Of a stretch of DNA of 64,000 nt, positions 24,494-37,765 are shown piece after piece; position 1 is the first letter of the stretch; each line of letters starts with the position of its first letter. The notes under the pieces are model-generated. The model worked only from the letters and a program-made list of their open reading frames with translations. It was not told where the DNA came from and made no database searches. The stretch lies in assembly GCA_021613535.1 (NCBI GenBank), contig CP075495.1, positions 11,346,001 to 11,410,000 of the forward strand, read 5' to 3'. This stretch comes from Adineta vaga. Its lineage: Eukaryota; Animalia; Rotifera. The translations under genes and the position numbers were made by a program.

Positions 24494-26472
24494 ATGAAAA
24501 ACGTTCTTCTAACAAATCAAGTGAATTCATTATTACAAAAAAAGATATCAGCATCGAAATTAATATCTACTCTAATGAATTCGGCTCTCAAAGGACAACT
24601 AAATGCATGTGTTCAGAACGTCATTCGAGATACCGACATGGTGAATCCATCTCTTAACAAACACCTTGACACATATGATAATAACGACGATCTTCAATCA
24701 TTACTTGCTTTTCTTCATGAACAATCATCTGCAGCTTCTCCGCCGGGTCCTCTTCCCTACCATTATGTATGTGATTTTATTCAATATCTTCGTCATTTTG
24801 CTCAACTAGGCATATTGTACACACCAAAAATTGCTTATCTATTAACTGATTTACATAAAGCTAAAGATCATGATAGTATCACATTGATAACATTCAAAAA
24901 TAAATTAGAACAAATGAAAACAATTAATTATGTTTATGTATACGATCATTTGAATTTAGTTGAATTATATGATTTTTTAAATAAGATGATTCTCGATGGT
25001 ATAGTTTATACCAGTACTCTATATATTCATGTTTTCTTTTACTAGATAATTTAACTCGTGGTCAAAGTTGGTACATACTGGATCGTCTAATAAATTTATG
25101 TCATATAGAACCGATAACAAATTATGATATACAAACTTTTCTAACAAATCTTCAACTTGAATGTAATCTCAACGACCAATCTATCCGAAATTAATCGATA
25201 GTTTTCAATCGCTTGCGGCTTCGTATTCAAAATCTCTTGCTGAATTACATTCCTTAGAACGAGATCTTCGCAATATATTACTTCCATCGAATAATAATAT
25301 TAAACGAATACCAGATGAAGTTCGACGACGTTTAAATGAGATGATTCTTCTATGTAAAAAATTTAGCATTGATCGTACATTACTAGAACAATTATTTGGT
25401 CCAACAATGAATTATAAACTGTATAATAAGATGAAAGAAATATTAAAAACAAAGAATTTAATAAGTAGAAAACAATCCGTAACTGCTATCGTACAAATGC
25501 ATAAACATTTTCTTCAAATATCAAGTCTACAAACGCAACATTGTTTAACTGAACAACAATTAGATTTAATTCTACAAAATATTCATGATCATTTTTCTGA
25601 AAAACAAACCTATTTTGAAGATATTATCAAACATATGACTGAACTTGGATATTTACAAGTGAAACTAGACTAAAATTTTGTTTCATTAGAAAAAAAAGAC
25701 TTCATTTTCATAGGATAAATTGTTTGTTGATTATTGTACTCAACATTTTCTTTCTGATGAATTCTTCTCTTCAATGGTTGAAGTGCAAAATCAATTTCAA
25801 ACATGGCCATTTATTCTAGAACTCAATCATTCACATGTTCGAGAAGTAGTTAAACATTTAACACAACTTGAACTAGACGGTAAACTTGATTGTGGTACAT
25901 CAATTGAAATTCAAAATCGACTGAATCAAATTGCTCGTTTTGGTAGATGGTTTTCTCCACGGATAAAATCAATTACTGAGGAGATTTTAAAAATTCAAGG
26001 TAAATAACTACTTACTAACGATAGAATACTGATATATAGATAATCTTAACTGCTAGGTAAAAGATTTCTATCTGATAGAAACGGTTATCAATCAATTCAA
26101 TTCTATCGTCTGCTCTTGAATGATATTACTCATGCAATTGAATTTGAATTGTATCTTCAAGAACTTCTATCCGAACATCAAATATCCGATCGATCATATT
26201 CTTATTATCGTCATTTTTTACATCGAATTTTACAAAATGAACTGAATATAGATGAATTGACTCGATATCGTACAGAACTGAATGCATTTCATCATGTGAA
26301 ACGGATGGATATTGGTCAGGTGAAAAGATGCATTGATTCATTATCAAAATAATTTCACAAAATGTTTCCCCTGACTATAGACGAATGGACTATCATAATG
26401 TCTGATGTACACTCAAGAATTTATCAAACAATTGATTCGCAGTCAGTTTTTAGTCATATTTATTGTAGATAA
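24494..26472 (+). CDS. Hypothetical multi-exon, predicted helical protein; possible frameshift near 25180
   Basis: Several open, coding-like exons with GT-AG introns. The reading frame changes between ~25170 and 25190. The 5' end is uncertain. Confidence 0.5.
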
Positions 26473-26574
26473 AAGAAAGCTGATTTATTAACAATAAATG
26501 GTTTTCAAAAAAGTAAAATGAAAAAATAAATACATAGATAAATCTGTCTAACATAATCACCATATCCTATACAA

Positions 26575-27875
26575 CTAATCCATTCGTTTACGTCGTCCAT
26601 ATTTAGTTGCAATAGTTGTTGCAGTACTAAGAGCACCTCCTCCTTTCGTAATGTATTCATTGCGTCCTGGTACTCGAAATGGCTACAATAAAAATTAGAT
26701 GAGTATTATAAGAATAATTGTGGCAAACAAATAGAGTATTTATTAGAATACTATTATCTTACTTTAACATCAGTTGTGCACGGTCCGACAACGTCTTTGT
26801 ATGCTGTACAATTTTCACATCGCGGAAGAGTATGAATTTCACCATTGGGTTTGACTTCCAGTGTAGTAAGTCGAACATGTCGAGTGGATGAATTTGGACC
26901 AACTTGATTTTCAACTACTTTATGAAGCGCTTGGGGTTCAGCACAGCTCGCTGGATGACGTTTTAGTGGTGCTTCAATGTTTGAATTCTGTTGAAGAAAT
27001 TTGTTAGGACGTGGAGCTTGATCACCATATATATCTCGTACACTTTCGTTCACACCAGTATAAGTCTTACCTGTTCTCATGTCTTTCGCTTCACAATAAA
27101 TTTCTTTACCATTTTTTCCTGTAGCGACACTTTTGTTCTCTTGAAATCCTTTTTCCCGACGCATTGTCTTCAAATTCTCAGCTGCTGAAATCTCTGGAGC
27201 CTTGACATATCTTTCGGCTATTTTGCCACCTGAATAACCCGCCAAAGCATCGCCAGTCACATTCAAACCTGCATTGAAGTACGAGTTTACGTCAGTTGGC
27301 TTATCGATAATCTGACATATTCCATTCATCTGTTTGCGGTCGGTTACAACTGCAGTTGCAAGATCCCATTCAGCACCGGCAACCACACCTGATGCCACAG
27401 CTCCAACAGGACCACCCAATAAAAATCCACCAGCACCGGCTCCCATAACTGCTGTTGTTCTGGTGGCCGATGCCATAGCGCGATTGCCACCTTCTTTATC
27501 ATTAATAGCATAATGAACCACAGCTTTGGCATGACCGACTACTGGAACCGAATCCATCATATTTAGTGAAGTGTCAGTAGCACTACTCATAGCTTTGTTG
27601 CCGCCTTTAACGTCACCAACGGTATAATGAAGTAAACCTTTGGTGTGTCCAACCACAGGCAAGGCATTCAGACTATTATTGCCGCCTTCCCAACATTGTT
27701 TGGCTGTGCGATCATCGCCGCATACCTTTGCAACTCCAGCTATGGCGTGAGAAACAATTGGGGTTTTAGTACAAAATCTCTCTGCAGTTTTTTCAGCACC
27801 TTCTTTATCACCAACGGCAACATGAACTAACATTTTAACTTGAGATACGACAGGAATAAAATCCAAGAATGACAT
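26575..27875 (-). CDS. Polymorphic-toxin-like protein: N-terminal helical repeats, glycine zipper and C-terminal YwqJ-like zinc-dependent deaminase domain
   Basis: Four P[VI]V[SG][HQ]…[GN]D repeats and GAGAGGFLLGGPVGAVASGVVAG. Deaminase motifs DMRTGKTYTGVN, HPASCAEPQAL (26937-26945) and LPRCENC (26808-26825). Predicted intron 26683-26762 and terminal exon 26575-26682. Confidence 0.8.
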
Positions 27876-29187
27876 AATTAGTAATAAATCTACGAAAATA
27901 ATAAATAAATCAAATGAATATCATGTTTAAAGCATAAAAAATGATTGAGACTACTTACGAATCACACAAAAATCAGAAAGTAATCCGTTATGAAAATGCA
28001 CGTATATAAATACATGCGTCTGTCGTTGGAAATTTCCTATAGAACGAAAAGGAATATAACATGTGGAAAGTACATAGATTAAAGGAGTTTTACAAAAGAT
28101 AATAATGATTTGGCAATAACCATATCATCGTTTCACAATAGTTTGAAAGAAATCTATCCGATCATAGGATTTTACCCATATGAGTCATATAGATGTCAGT
28201 GTAGAAATCCTCAAAGTGACTATCGATTGATGTATTCACAGGAAAGGAGCATTATATTCAGTAAGTAAGTTACATATCATAAGTAAGAAATGCTTGTTTT
28301 AAATTCACAGACGGACAAGTATTTTCATAACTCTCTACAATAAAACAGATAAATGTTCATGGGCTTATTTACAAACACAATACAGCCAATGATTGTGTAA
28401 TTAATTAGATATACACATTGTTTCTTTCATTTACTCGCTTATCTACATATATAATTTGGTATTTTCCTCTCCCATTCTTTTCGTTCTTATTCTCCTTTCA
28501 CTTAATCATTTCTCTTCGGTATGTTTTTATTTGTCAACTATATAAGTGTTCGCATTCTTATGAAATAAGAATCTTATTGACTCTCTAATTTGGCTATAAC
28601 ACGTATATGAATACAGAAAATGAAAAATCTTACTAATCTCTAAATAAAGTAAGAGAAGATAAATCCGTTGCTATTCGATTCTTTCCAATCAAGAGGAATG
28701 ATAACACATATCTCGAAGAATATGTGTACATTTATGTAATTTATTTTGTAAGAGTTTTTCATTTAACTCATTAGATGTCAATTTGTTGAATTAGTCCTCT
28801 AAAGTAACTATTTTCAAATATTAATGATTAGTGTACATATTTATTAAATTCTATTATTAAGCAAACATGTGTAGATATGTATGATGTGGCATTTATTCGG
28901 ACAGTTTATTTATTTTTAATTCACAATTCTTCTCTATGAAATAACATGTACTTCATCTCCTCATTAAAATCAATTTACATATTGACATTTAAAAGTAACT
29001 AAACGAATTAGTTACAGTTAATATCAGATAATGAATACAGATAAAAACATACTCAAAAATATGTAAGTGCAAACGAATAATATTTAAACCTCGCATATTT
29101 GTTTTTAAATTTCATACAGAGAATAACCATGGTTTCTAATTTAAATAAATCGATTACGAAAATTATTTTTCAAATAGTGATAATAGA

Positions 29188-30191
29188 TTGAGAAAAAGCA
29201 AAACAATTGATATCTATATGTTATCGTACAAACATGATCCTCTAGTATCATTATTACATGTTATTCAGAAACAATCATCTTCGAAGGAACCGTTGAAGAA
29301 TGAATTAATACAGAAACAATCACAACACGTAACGTCAACGAAATCGATTTCTTGTAAAGAGTTTCAATTACGAAACAAAACAAATATTTCATCATATAAG
29401 TATAAAAAATCCAGACAAACGCCAGAACGAATTGTAAACGTAATGAAAATTATTTAGTTCCAATTGATTTCACGTAGTATTTTATAGTCTGATAATCTGC
29501 AATGTGATATCAAACCACAATCATATTTAGGATCACAAAATTTCGATAAAGTCGATCATCGTCACTATATTTTTGAAGGAGTAGGTTATCAGATTTATAT
29601 AATTAAATCATGGATCGATATTTCAGTTTTCTAGAATAATTCATTCTATCCTGCTCGTGTTCCTATCAAATATGGATTTCAAATACGTTCTTTAATCGAA
29701 TATAATCATTTACCTTCATGGCAATTTAGTGACAATGAAAAAAATCAAATTATCTATAAATCTGTACGTTCTTCTTCATTTGATTTCGTATCAGAGCATT
29801 CTTTTTTTCTATTCAAAAGCAATCCAATAAAGATGATTTACCACAAATCATCTCTTCATTATCATCAAAAGTTGCTCCAAATTCTTCCTTATCTAATAAT
29901 CCTTCCATACAATCGTATTGGATTAATCCATGGCTGAATAGTAGACAGTTAAAAGAACAGCAAAAACAGCTGTCAATATATGCTCATAGAGACATTCATC
30001 CATCATCTAAGTCAACTATACTAATCTCTAATAAAGTTCCACAAAATAATATACTATTACAAAATAATCAGTCTGATAAACGGCATAATCAACGACGATG
30101 TACGATAACAAGACGAAAACGATGCATAACATTTGACGAACATCTTCAACGCTACTATTCATCAAGATGGTGTTTAACTTCGACAAGATAA
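29188..30191 (+). CDS. Hypothetical multi-exon protein
   Basis: Short open segments bounded by plausible GT-AG introns. No recognisable domain, boundaries uncertain. Confidence 0.35.
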
Positions 30192-30955
30192 TTTCCATCC
30201 TAAATGGTCAAACCTTGAAACCGAGAAGGTTCTAAATCTTATCTTAATTAAAAAAAGAAAGATTTTTTTTATTATTATCGTGATTGTTATATGTCAAGTA
30301 TAGAAAAGTTTTATTTAAGGTAAACATTTGACATTTCTCAACTGTTATTATCGTTTCATTGTACTAATTAGAGCAAATGATGATAAATATTGAAAAATAT
30401 ACGCAATCAATTTGATTGATATCTCGATGCAATGATTTTCGTATGCTCTTTCGTCTTGCTGACAGACGATCAATGCTAACTTGTATCTCAATGTAGAGAA
30501 ATGAAGTGTACCGTGTAATTGTATATGCCGGTTTTTTTTCTCCTTACAACATTATCAATCTTGCTTTTTTGTCGACCTTCGGGAAAGGACTGTTTGCTTG
30601 CTTGGCTTGTTTAACAGGCGTACACTTGTTTGTTTCGTTAGTATCTCGTTTAGCAGCTGTAAACGTTAATAGGATATGGAATGATGACAACGTTGATGAT
30701 GATAATGATAATGGTGTCCAGAACAAGAACACTAGGAGCTAACAGTCTATAAGAACATTAATTTGGTAGAAGATAAAAATCTTCGAACTATTATTTCTGG
30801 TTTATTATTACATATTCTAAAGCAATGTTTGTGTTTTTTGATTCAGTAAATTCAATTAATAAGACGAAACTAAGAAGAAAAGCTCGATAATAACTTTGGT
30901 CATTCTTATTTTTCAATAGACAGAACGCACCTGTTTGATGCTTTCTCTTTCCAAT

Positions 30956-30976
30956 CGAGAAGAGAGAGAGAGAGAG
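30956..30976. repeat. (GA)n microsatellite upstream of the 31134 gene
   Basis: gagaagagagagagagagagg. Confidence 0.7.
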
Positions 30977-31133
30977 GAAAAAAAGGAAGAGAAACTTGTT
31001 TTTTTTTGTCGGTTCTTTTTTTATTATTCTCCTTCGCGCTTCTCATATTGATCAAACGTATATACAAAGAACTACTGAGATTAGAGCCAACAATTGCAAC
31101 GATCCATTTATTATACCTTTCAGCAACTTGATT

Positions 31134-33132
31134 ATGTCCCGATTTAAATCTTATATCAATCCCACGTTGATCAAAGATAGTAAAAATGATTCAAATATCT
31201 CAATTCAATCCATAACATCATCACCTCGACGACATATCACTCAAGTAAATTGATACAAGAAGAACGAAATTTTGTTTTATATTATTTCTCTTTAATTAAT
31301 CTTCTCAAAAACTTTAGATTACAATTGGAGCTGAACATGATAATGATAAACCACCTATTCCACCCACACGTCATCCTATGGTCAATCGATTAACATCAAG
31401 TATAGATGAATCACTTGTGAATTTAAGTTTTCTGAGTCAAGATGCTGAAATCGAACAAGAACGTGCATTAAATGAACTTGATGAAATTTTCATGCAATTT
31501 CGTAAACATGTTGACAAATGTTTTCGTCAATATGAACATGAAATAAAAGTAACGTATAATAATTATGATCAACATTTACATGAATTGAAATCACGATTAA
31601 AACAAGTTCGACAAGAACTCATACAAAACTTTACTTCTGTTCATTCTAATGATAATGATAATGATGATTATGCATTTGATGTGGATAAATATCGTTATTT
31701 AGAAATGTTAACTGCACAAACATTGAATCAAACAATGAAAGAACAAAAAATTCTACCGAAATATCGTATGAAATTAAATCATATGGATCGATTAGATCAA
31801 CATATTTCAATTCAACTTGATCAAAAACCTTCAAAAAAACTATCTCAAACAGATCATTTCGATAATGATGATTCGTCTAGAGATATTACACCAATAGCAC
31901 GAAGTCTCTCACTTGGTAAGTCAACTTCTATCGATGATTAACAAAAAAATTTCATCTCATAATTGTATCAACAAGTAGATCTTCATACAATATCAATAGA
32001 TTTATTCCCTAAAGGCTATCATCTAAGTTTATTATTGTTTTGCCATACAATCTATCTAATAATGTTCAATAAAGATCTTCCATTTCGTTTTCTAGAAACT
32101 TCAACATCGACAGATGTAACAGATGAATATGATAATGTTTCTAAAGATGATTGTGGTCAATATCGTGTATCATATCACAATGCAACAAAAGCTCCATTGA
32201 TTAATTTAGAAAAATGGAGTTATCCACTTGGTTTTGGTAATTATTTTATTCCACTTCTAACACCATATCGTCAAAGTTCATTATTACTCTATTGTCTTAA
32301 TCGTGAATCATTTGTTTGTTATGATTCTCAATCGTTAGTGTCTCTACCGACAACAATAAAATGGCTTGGAACACGGCCATCAGCTGTTTATTGGTTTGAT
32401 GAAATGAATATGTTATTTGTTGCTTGTCGTACACATATTTATGGTTGTTATGTTGATGAAAAAGTTCCTGATACTCAACGAATTCATATTCGTATACCTG
32501 TTGAACAAACAACAACATGGTCAGATACTCAAGGTCATTTATGTTGGCCAAATTTTCTAACATGTGGTGGTGCAATTGATCGATTATTATATGCTTATTG
32601 GACAGATACAGTGAATAAAACTGCAACGCCATCAACATCATTTATCTATTATCAAATAACAGGAAATAATTTTCTAATTAAATCTCAATTTTTAATCGAT
32701 GGTCGTTTACGTGCATTACATTCAACATTGTCAACTCAACGTTTAGGATTATTAATAGAACATATTACAAATCAATGTACACATTTAGAAATTCGTACAG
32801 CAAAAGAATTTTCTCTTCTAGCAAAATTTGAATTACGTACAACATTCGAACAATTTCGTTATGGTTGTTGTTTAACAAATCTATTTTTTAATTCAAATTC
32901 ATATATTTTATGTGATCATAAACAACAACAATTATGGCATGTTAATGGAGATACAGGTGATATTAAAGTTAAACATATGAATGAATCAATTTATAGTGTA
33001 ACTTGTCTATTAGATGGAACATTAGCATTATTAACAGGTACACCAATGAGATTCGATTTTATTTATGATCCAAATGATACGGGAATTATTTTAAAAGATC
33101 TTTTCCATGAAGAAGAATCCATTGAAGTGTAA
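31134..33132 (+). CDS. Coiled-coil plus predicted beta-rich (propeller-like) protein, 3 exons
   Basis: Heptad-rich ALNELDEIFMQFRKHVD…LHELKSRLKQVRQEL followed by a ~340-aa beta-strand-rich exon (YILCDHKQQQLWHVNGDTG, IYSVTCLLDGTLALL). Confidence 0.65.
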
Positions 33133-33817
33133 TAAAGAATAAATATTTACATAGTTTTGTTATTGAGGAGGAGAGGAAAAAAAAAACATAAATATTCGAA
33201 TGATTTTCTACGTCATGTACTATTTAACAATCATCAATAAACGAAATTACAATGAATATATGAGCTCATAAAAACAACCCATCGTATTTATAGACTTATA
33301 AAGTGCTTGAATATCTTTTGACATATATCCATTGAATTTTATTATTAACATAAATAAATCTAAATGATGTTTGATAACTCTTTCGAATCAATTTCGTTCT
33401 AATTTGATTGTTTAGAATACCAATATGAAGAATTCAATTTCGTTTCGTTGAAGTTTTCTCAATCTGTTCTTATCATAAGAGAAGAAAAAAACAAAATAAC
33501 ATAAGCAAAAAAGAAAAGAAAGACAACAATAACAAAGAAATACAAATACACATACAGATATAAAGATGACATCGATATTTACTTATGTCGATTGAATTGA
33601 ACGTATATGTTTGATCATAATAATCATATAAATATCGCAAAAAAGGCGAAAAATACAAGATGTGAAAAGAAAAAGATAAGACTAATTAACAATTAAGCAA
33701 AGAAATAAGAAGAATAACAACAACAATCATACTTCTTTTTCTTTATGAAATATTTTTTACCGTTAAATCACATATTTTATGTACAAAATTATATAAAAAA
33801 TAGAAGCTTATATGAGA

Positions 33818-36800
33818 TCAAGAGGATGTATTTTGTTTTTTTCCAGCTTGTACAATATAATTTTGTATATGTTGTTCAAAATCATCCATTGAACAATCAA
33901 CGGGAATAGGCTACAAATTATGAATGAAAAACAGGAATAGAGATTAAACATAAATTATGTCAACAAACCTTTCCAGTTAGATTCATCAATCCTGTGACTT
34001 CAGCTTGAATACGTTGAGCTGATGCACGCCAACGTGCTTCATCAGTTTTACGTTGTTCAACAATCTATTGAAAATCGCATTAAATCAAAAAGAAAATCTT
34101 TGAAATATTTATTTACTTTTGTCATTTTTTCTCGATAAGATTGCATAAAAATTTCGACATCAAATTGACTTAATTCATCATAAGACATTACTGAGATTTG
34201 TTCACGTGTTAATTCCCAATCTGGTGGTAACATAAACTAATAAAAAAGAAAATTTGTTTCTGTTAAAATCTATTTCATTCTCTGAAAAAAGAAATCGATT
34301 ACTTTAATTAAAGCTTTGAATTTTCTTGAAATACTGAATAATGGTTCATTTTCAGTTACACTTGTTGTTGCTGTTGTTGTTGTTGTTGATGATGATGATG
34401 ATGTAGGAGTTATAGTAAGATGTGACCAAGCTAGTGATTTATAACTAAATGAATAATCAAATTCAGCTGTGGGAAATTCATCGAAACGCATTTTGAAAAT
34501 TCCACGTTTATCATTAACGGTTAAAACTGTTCCAGGACGACGAGCACCTTGATACATAGCCGTTACACGTGCACCAATTGTTGGAAGTGGAAGACGACTA
34601 TTTGAATCAATTTCCATGAAAGCAACTTTTTCATTATCATTGGTATCAGTATTCAACGAATGGACATTATTCGTTGATGATACAGAATCTGATGAAGTAG
34701 TTTGTCGTTTAGTTGGCCGTGATATTTCATTTCGAGGCGTTGGTACTGATGGACGTGACACCTAAGGAAGAGAAATGTCATTTGATTCAATTTCGATATT
34801 ATCTTTATTTAGAATGTAATGTTATCGTTTTAAAAAGATAAGTTTTACGAATACAATTTTCTATCGATTCGAATGGAGACGTTGTAAACTTACTCGAGTA
34901 GACGTCAGTACTGATGATGATGGTGATAGCTTCTTAGTATTTGTTTCAGCGCTTGCTGTTGTTTGTCCACGTGTCCGTTTGCTTGCAGATAATGGAGCTT
35001 TTTCTTCTATTTCTTCTTCTTCCTCTTCTTCAGTTTTCTCTTTTTCGCTGTCATCATCGTTTTCTTCTTCCTCGTCGTCGTCGTCGTCCTCCTCCTCCTC
35101 TTCATTATCACTGGGAGCTTTCGAAGTTTTTGATTTTGCTTTCAATTTCGATTGTTTTGATTGTTTAGGAACAGGTCGCTTCGATTTTTTAACTGTTTTG
35201 GCTTTCGCTGACAGTGAACGAGATGGTGGTATAGATCGTTTTTGAGGAGTAATTGTTGATGGACAATTATTTGAACGTAATGTTGCTGATTTTGAAGTCT
35301 GTAATATCAAACAAATATAGAACACAAACAAACAAACTATTACAAATGATATTTACAGCTGTATTAGTAGTTGACGAAATTTCTCCATTAGAGATCCGTT
35401 TATTTGCTACAGATGATCGAGTTGCCAATGATGAAGAGAGGGATGATGATGATGTGGGTGGTGGTGATGCTGCTTTTGATGATGTTCGACTTTGGGTATT
35501 TGTTACTGATGGTTTTTGTTTTAGTTCACCTTCAGGTATAATATCAAGTTTTTCACTTGCCGAACAACTGAAATATGTCATCGATTAAAATGAAATGAAA
35601 TGTTTGTTTCTGCAATCGAATTTATTATATACCTTTGATTGATAACATCAGAATTATCAGAACATCGCCAAACTTCAAGTTGAGCTTGTGTTAATGGCGT
35701 AGCATTACCAGCATAAGGTAATCGACGCCATTTCAAGCATCTATCACATTGGATAAGCATTGGCACAGCTGCCTGACGTCGTTTAACAGCTTCAGGTTCA
35801 TTAGATGGTGGTCGATCAAGTTGATCATCTCGATAACCTTTAGTGTTTTTAAATATTAATTAAAATAATCAATCATAGTTTTGAAGAAAATCAATATTAC
35901 CATAGGTTTCCCAAAATTCTTTCACATAACTTTCAATTCCAGCATCAGACCAATACTGTCGCATGTATTCACCCATATTTTTAAGTAGAAAATGATATTC
36001 TTTTTCATCAGCAAAGGATTGTTTATTATGTGTAGGTTCAAGTACTATCGATGGTACATCAACAATACCAACAACACCACGACAATATCTATTATATAAA
36101 AACAAATCGATCAATATATTGATATTTGAATAAGAGAAAAGATGAAGAAACTTGTGATATATATTCGCTTAACTTACACTGTCTTTTTATTTAGTTGACC
36201 AACTTTTTCGTACATTTTAATCAGCCGTCCACAATTATAAACGAAAATTCCATCAGCTGCACGATTTTGAATATTCAAACCAAAAATGAATGTTAACGTT
36301 TTTGTTGCTTTCATTTCTGACTTTTTTCGTGCTAATCCATTACGTAAACGTGTTGTCATATCTTTTAATTCAGTTGCTGTAACTTGTAATTTTCGTAAAC
36401 GTGTTCGTTCTTCTACAGATGTTGTTACTCCAATCGTTTGTTGAAGATGATGAACTTGTGAATCAGCTTCACGTTTACGTTCTTCCAATGATCCTAGTTC
36501 TATTTCACATTTTTTTATATCTTGTTCAGATCGTGTTTTAAAACGTGTCGATTTAAATTGATATTGTCGAGGTTTATACAATGTATGTGATAATCGTTTT
36601 GTTATAACACGTCGCCGTTGAATAGTTATACGCATTCGTGGTTCATAATAAAGTATAGAAACATAAGCACGAAGAGAACGATATTCTGCTAGTATACTAA
36701 GAAGAGAAAAGATAGAGAGAGATATAAGGAATTTATTGATAAGGAAAATTGAACATATACTTGTCATCATCATCATCAAATAAATTTCCTCGATTTTTCG

Positions 36801-37567
36801 AATCAATAATGATATCGCTTGGATCTGTTTTAATATCAAGTTCAGGTTCACCACTATCAGATAGTTTCACATTGTATAAGATAATTAAAGTTCCACTTGA
36901 TGTTGTAATTAAATTGAATTGTTTAAAAAGATCATCGAGTGTTTTAAATGGAGAATATTTCATTATCAGACGCATTTCAAGTTCATATTTAGCTTTATCA
37001 AATGTATATGCTTGTGTTCCATTTAATTGTTGTTGATCTGTATTTTGGATAGGTTGTCTCGTTCGTAAATCAAAACAAGGCATTGGACATATCACTTGAG
37101 ATATATGTTCTTCTTGATGAAAAGAACGTGAAAGAAATAAACATGTACCAATATTATCTTTTTTTGTAAATAATATGAAATCATTTGCAACACGCATAGC
37201 ACCTGATTTCAAACCATTACCATATTGGCCGATTTGATTCGAATCAGAAGCGTGCCGTTTAGCTGATTTACCAAAAACAATCACATTGAATACATCATCT
37301 AAAATATTCGATATAGTTTGACTACAATATTGATGAATCTAACATACCATAATGCATTCCACAGCCATCATCCAAAAAACCTAAATAAAATCCTCCACGT
37401 AATGATGGATCTTTTTGTGTATAAATATCAAGATTTTTTGCACCAGCATCACGTGAATTATCAAGTAGCTCAGCTAATGCTCCAAAAAGAAATGTATGAG
37501 TTGTTGAATTGGTATGTAGATATTCAAAGCTCAATTGAGCTTTATTTAAACAATCGTATTGATCCAT
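33818..37567 (-). CDS. MORC2: MORC family CW-type zinc-finger GHKL ATPase (MORC2-like)
   Basis: [70 protein letters not shown]1 insertion, [12 protein letters not shown] finger [13 protein letters not shown]…WRC, Tudor/chromo-like segment and C-terminal coil. Confidence 0.93.
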
Positions 37568-37765
37568 TATATCATGATTATAATTATCCAAAATAGAAGA
37601 AAGAGAAATTCAAAAAGTATAATACTATGTCATGATTATATAAAAGCAAATTAAAGACATTCAATGATGAAACGTGTGTGTATGTATACATATATGAACG
37701 AATTCATTCGAAAACACAAAGCAAACATTAAAATTCAAATAAAATCAAAATGAAAAGAGAAAATA

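Noticed and set aside
24494-26472. Convergent neighbour as an immunity protein for the deaminase toxin
   Set aside because: No SUKH or other immunity motif, opposite orientation, and host-like composition. Adjacency alone is insufficient.
28361-28385. ggcttatttacaaacac resembles the start of the bdelloid spliced-leader exon
   Set aside because: Only a partial match, with no following GT donor or Sm site. Expected by chance in AT-rich DNA.
34941-35588. Plus-strand ORFs with poly-Ser or poly-Arg/Pro tracts
   Set aside because: Antisense shadows of the acidic low-complexity region of MORC2.
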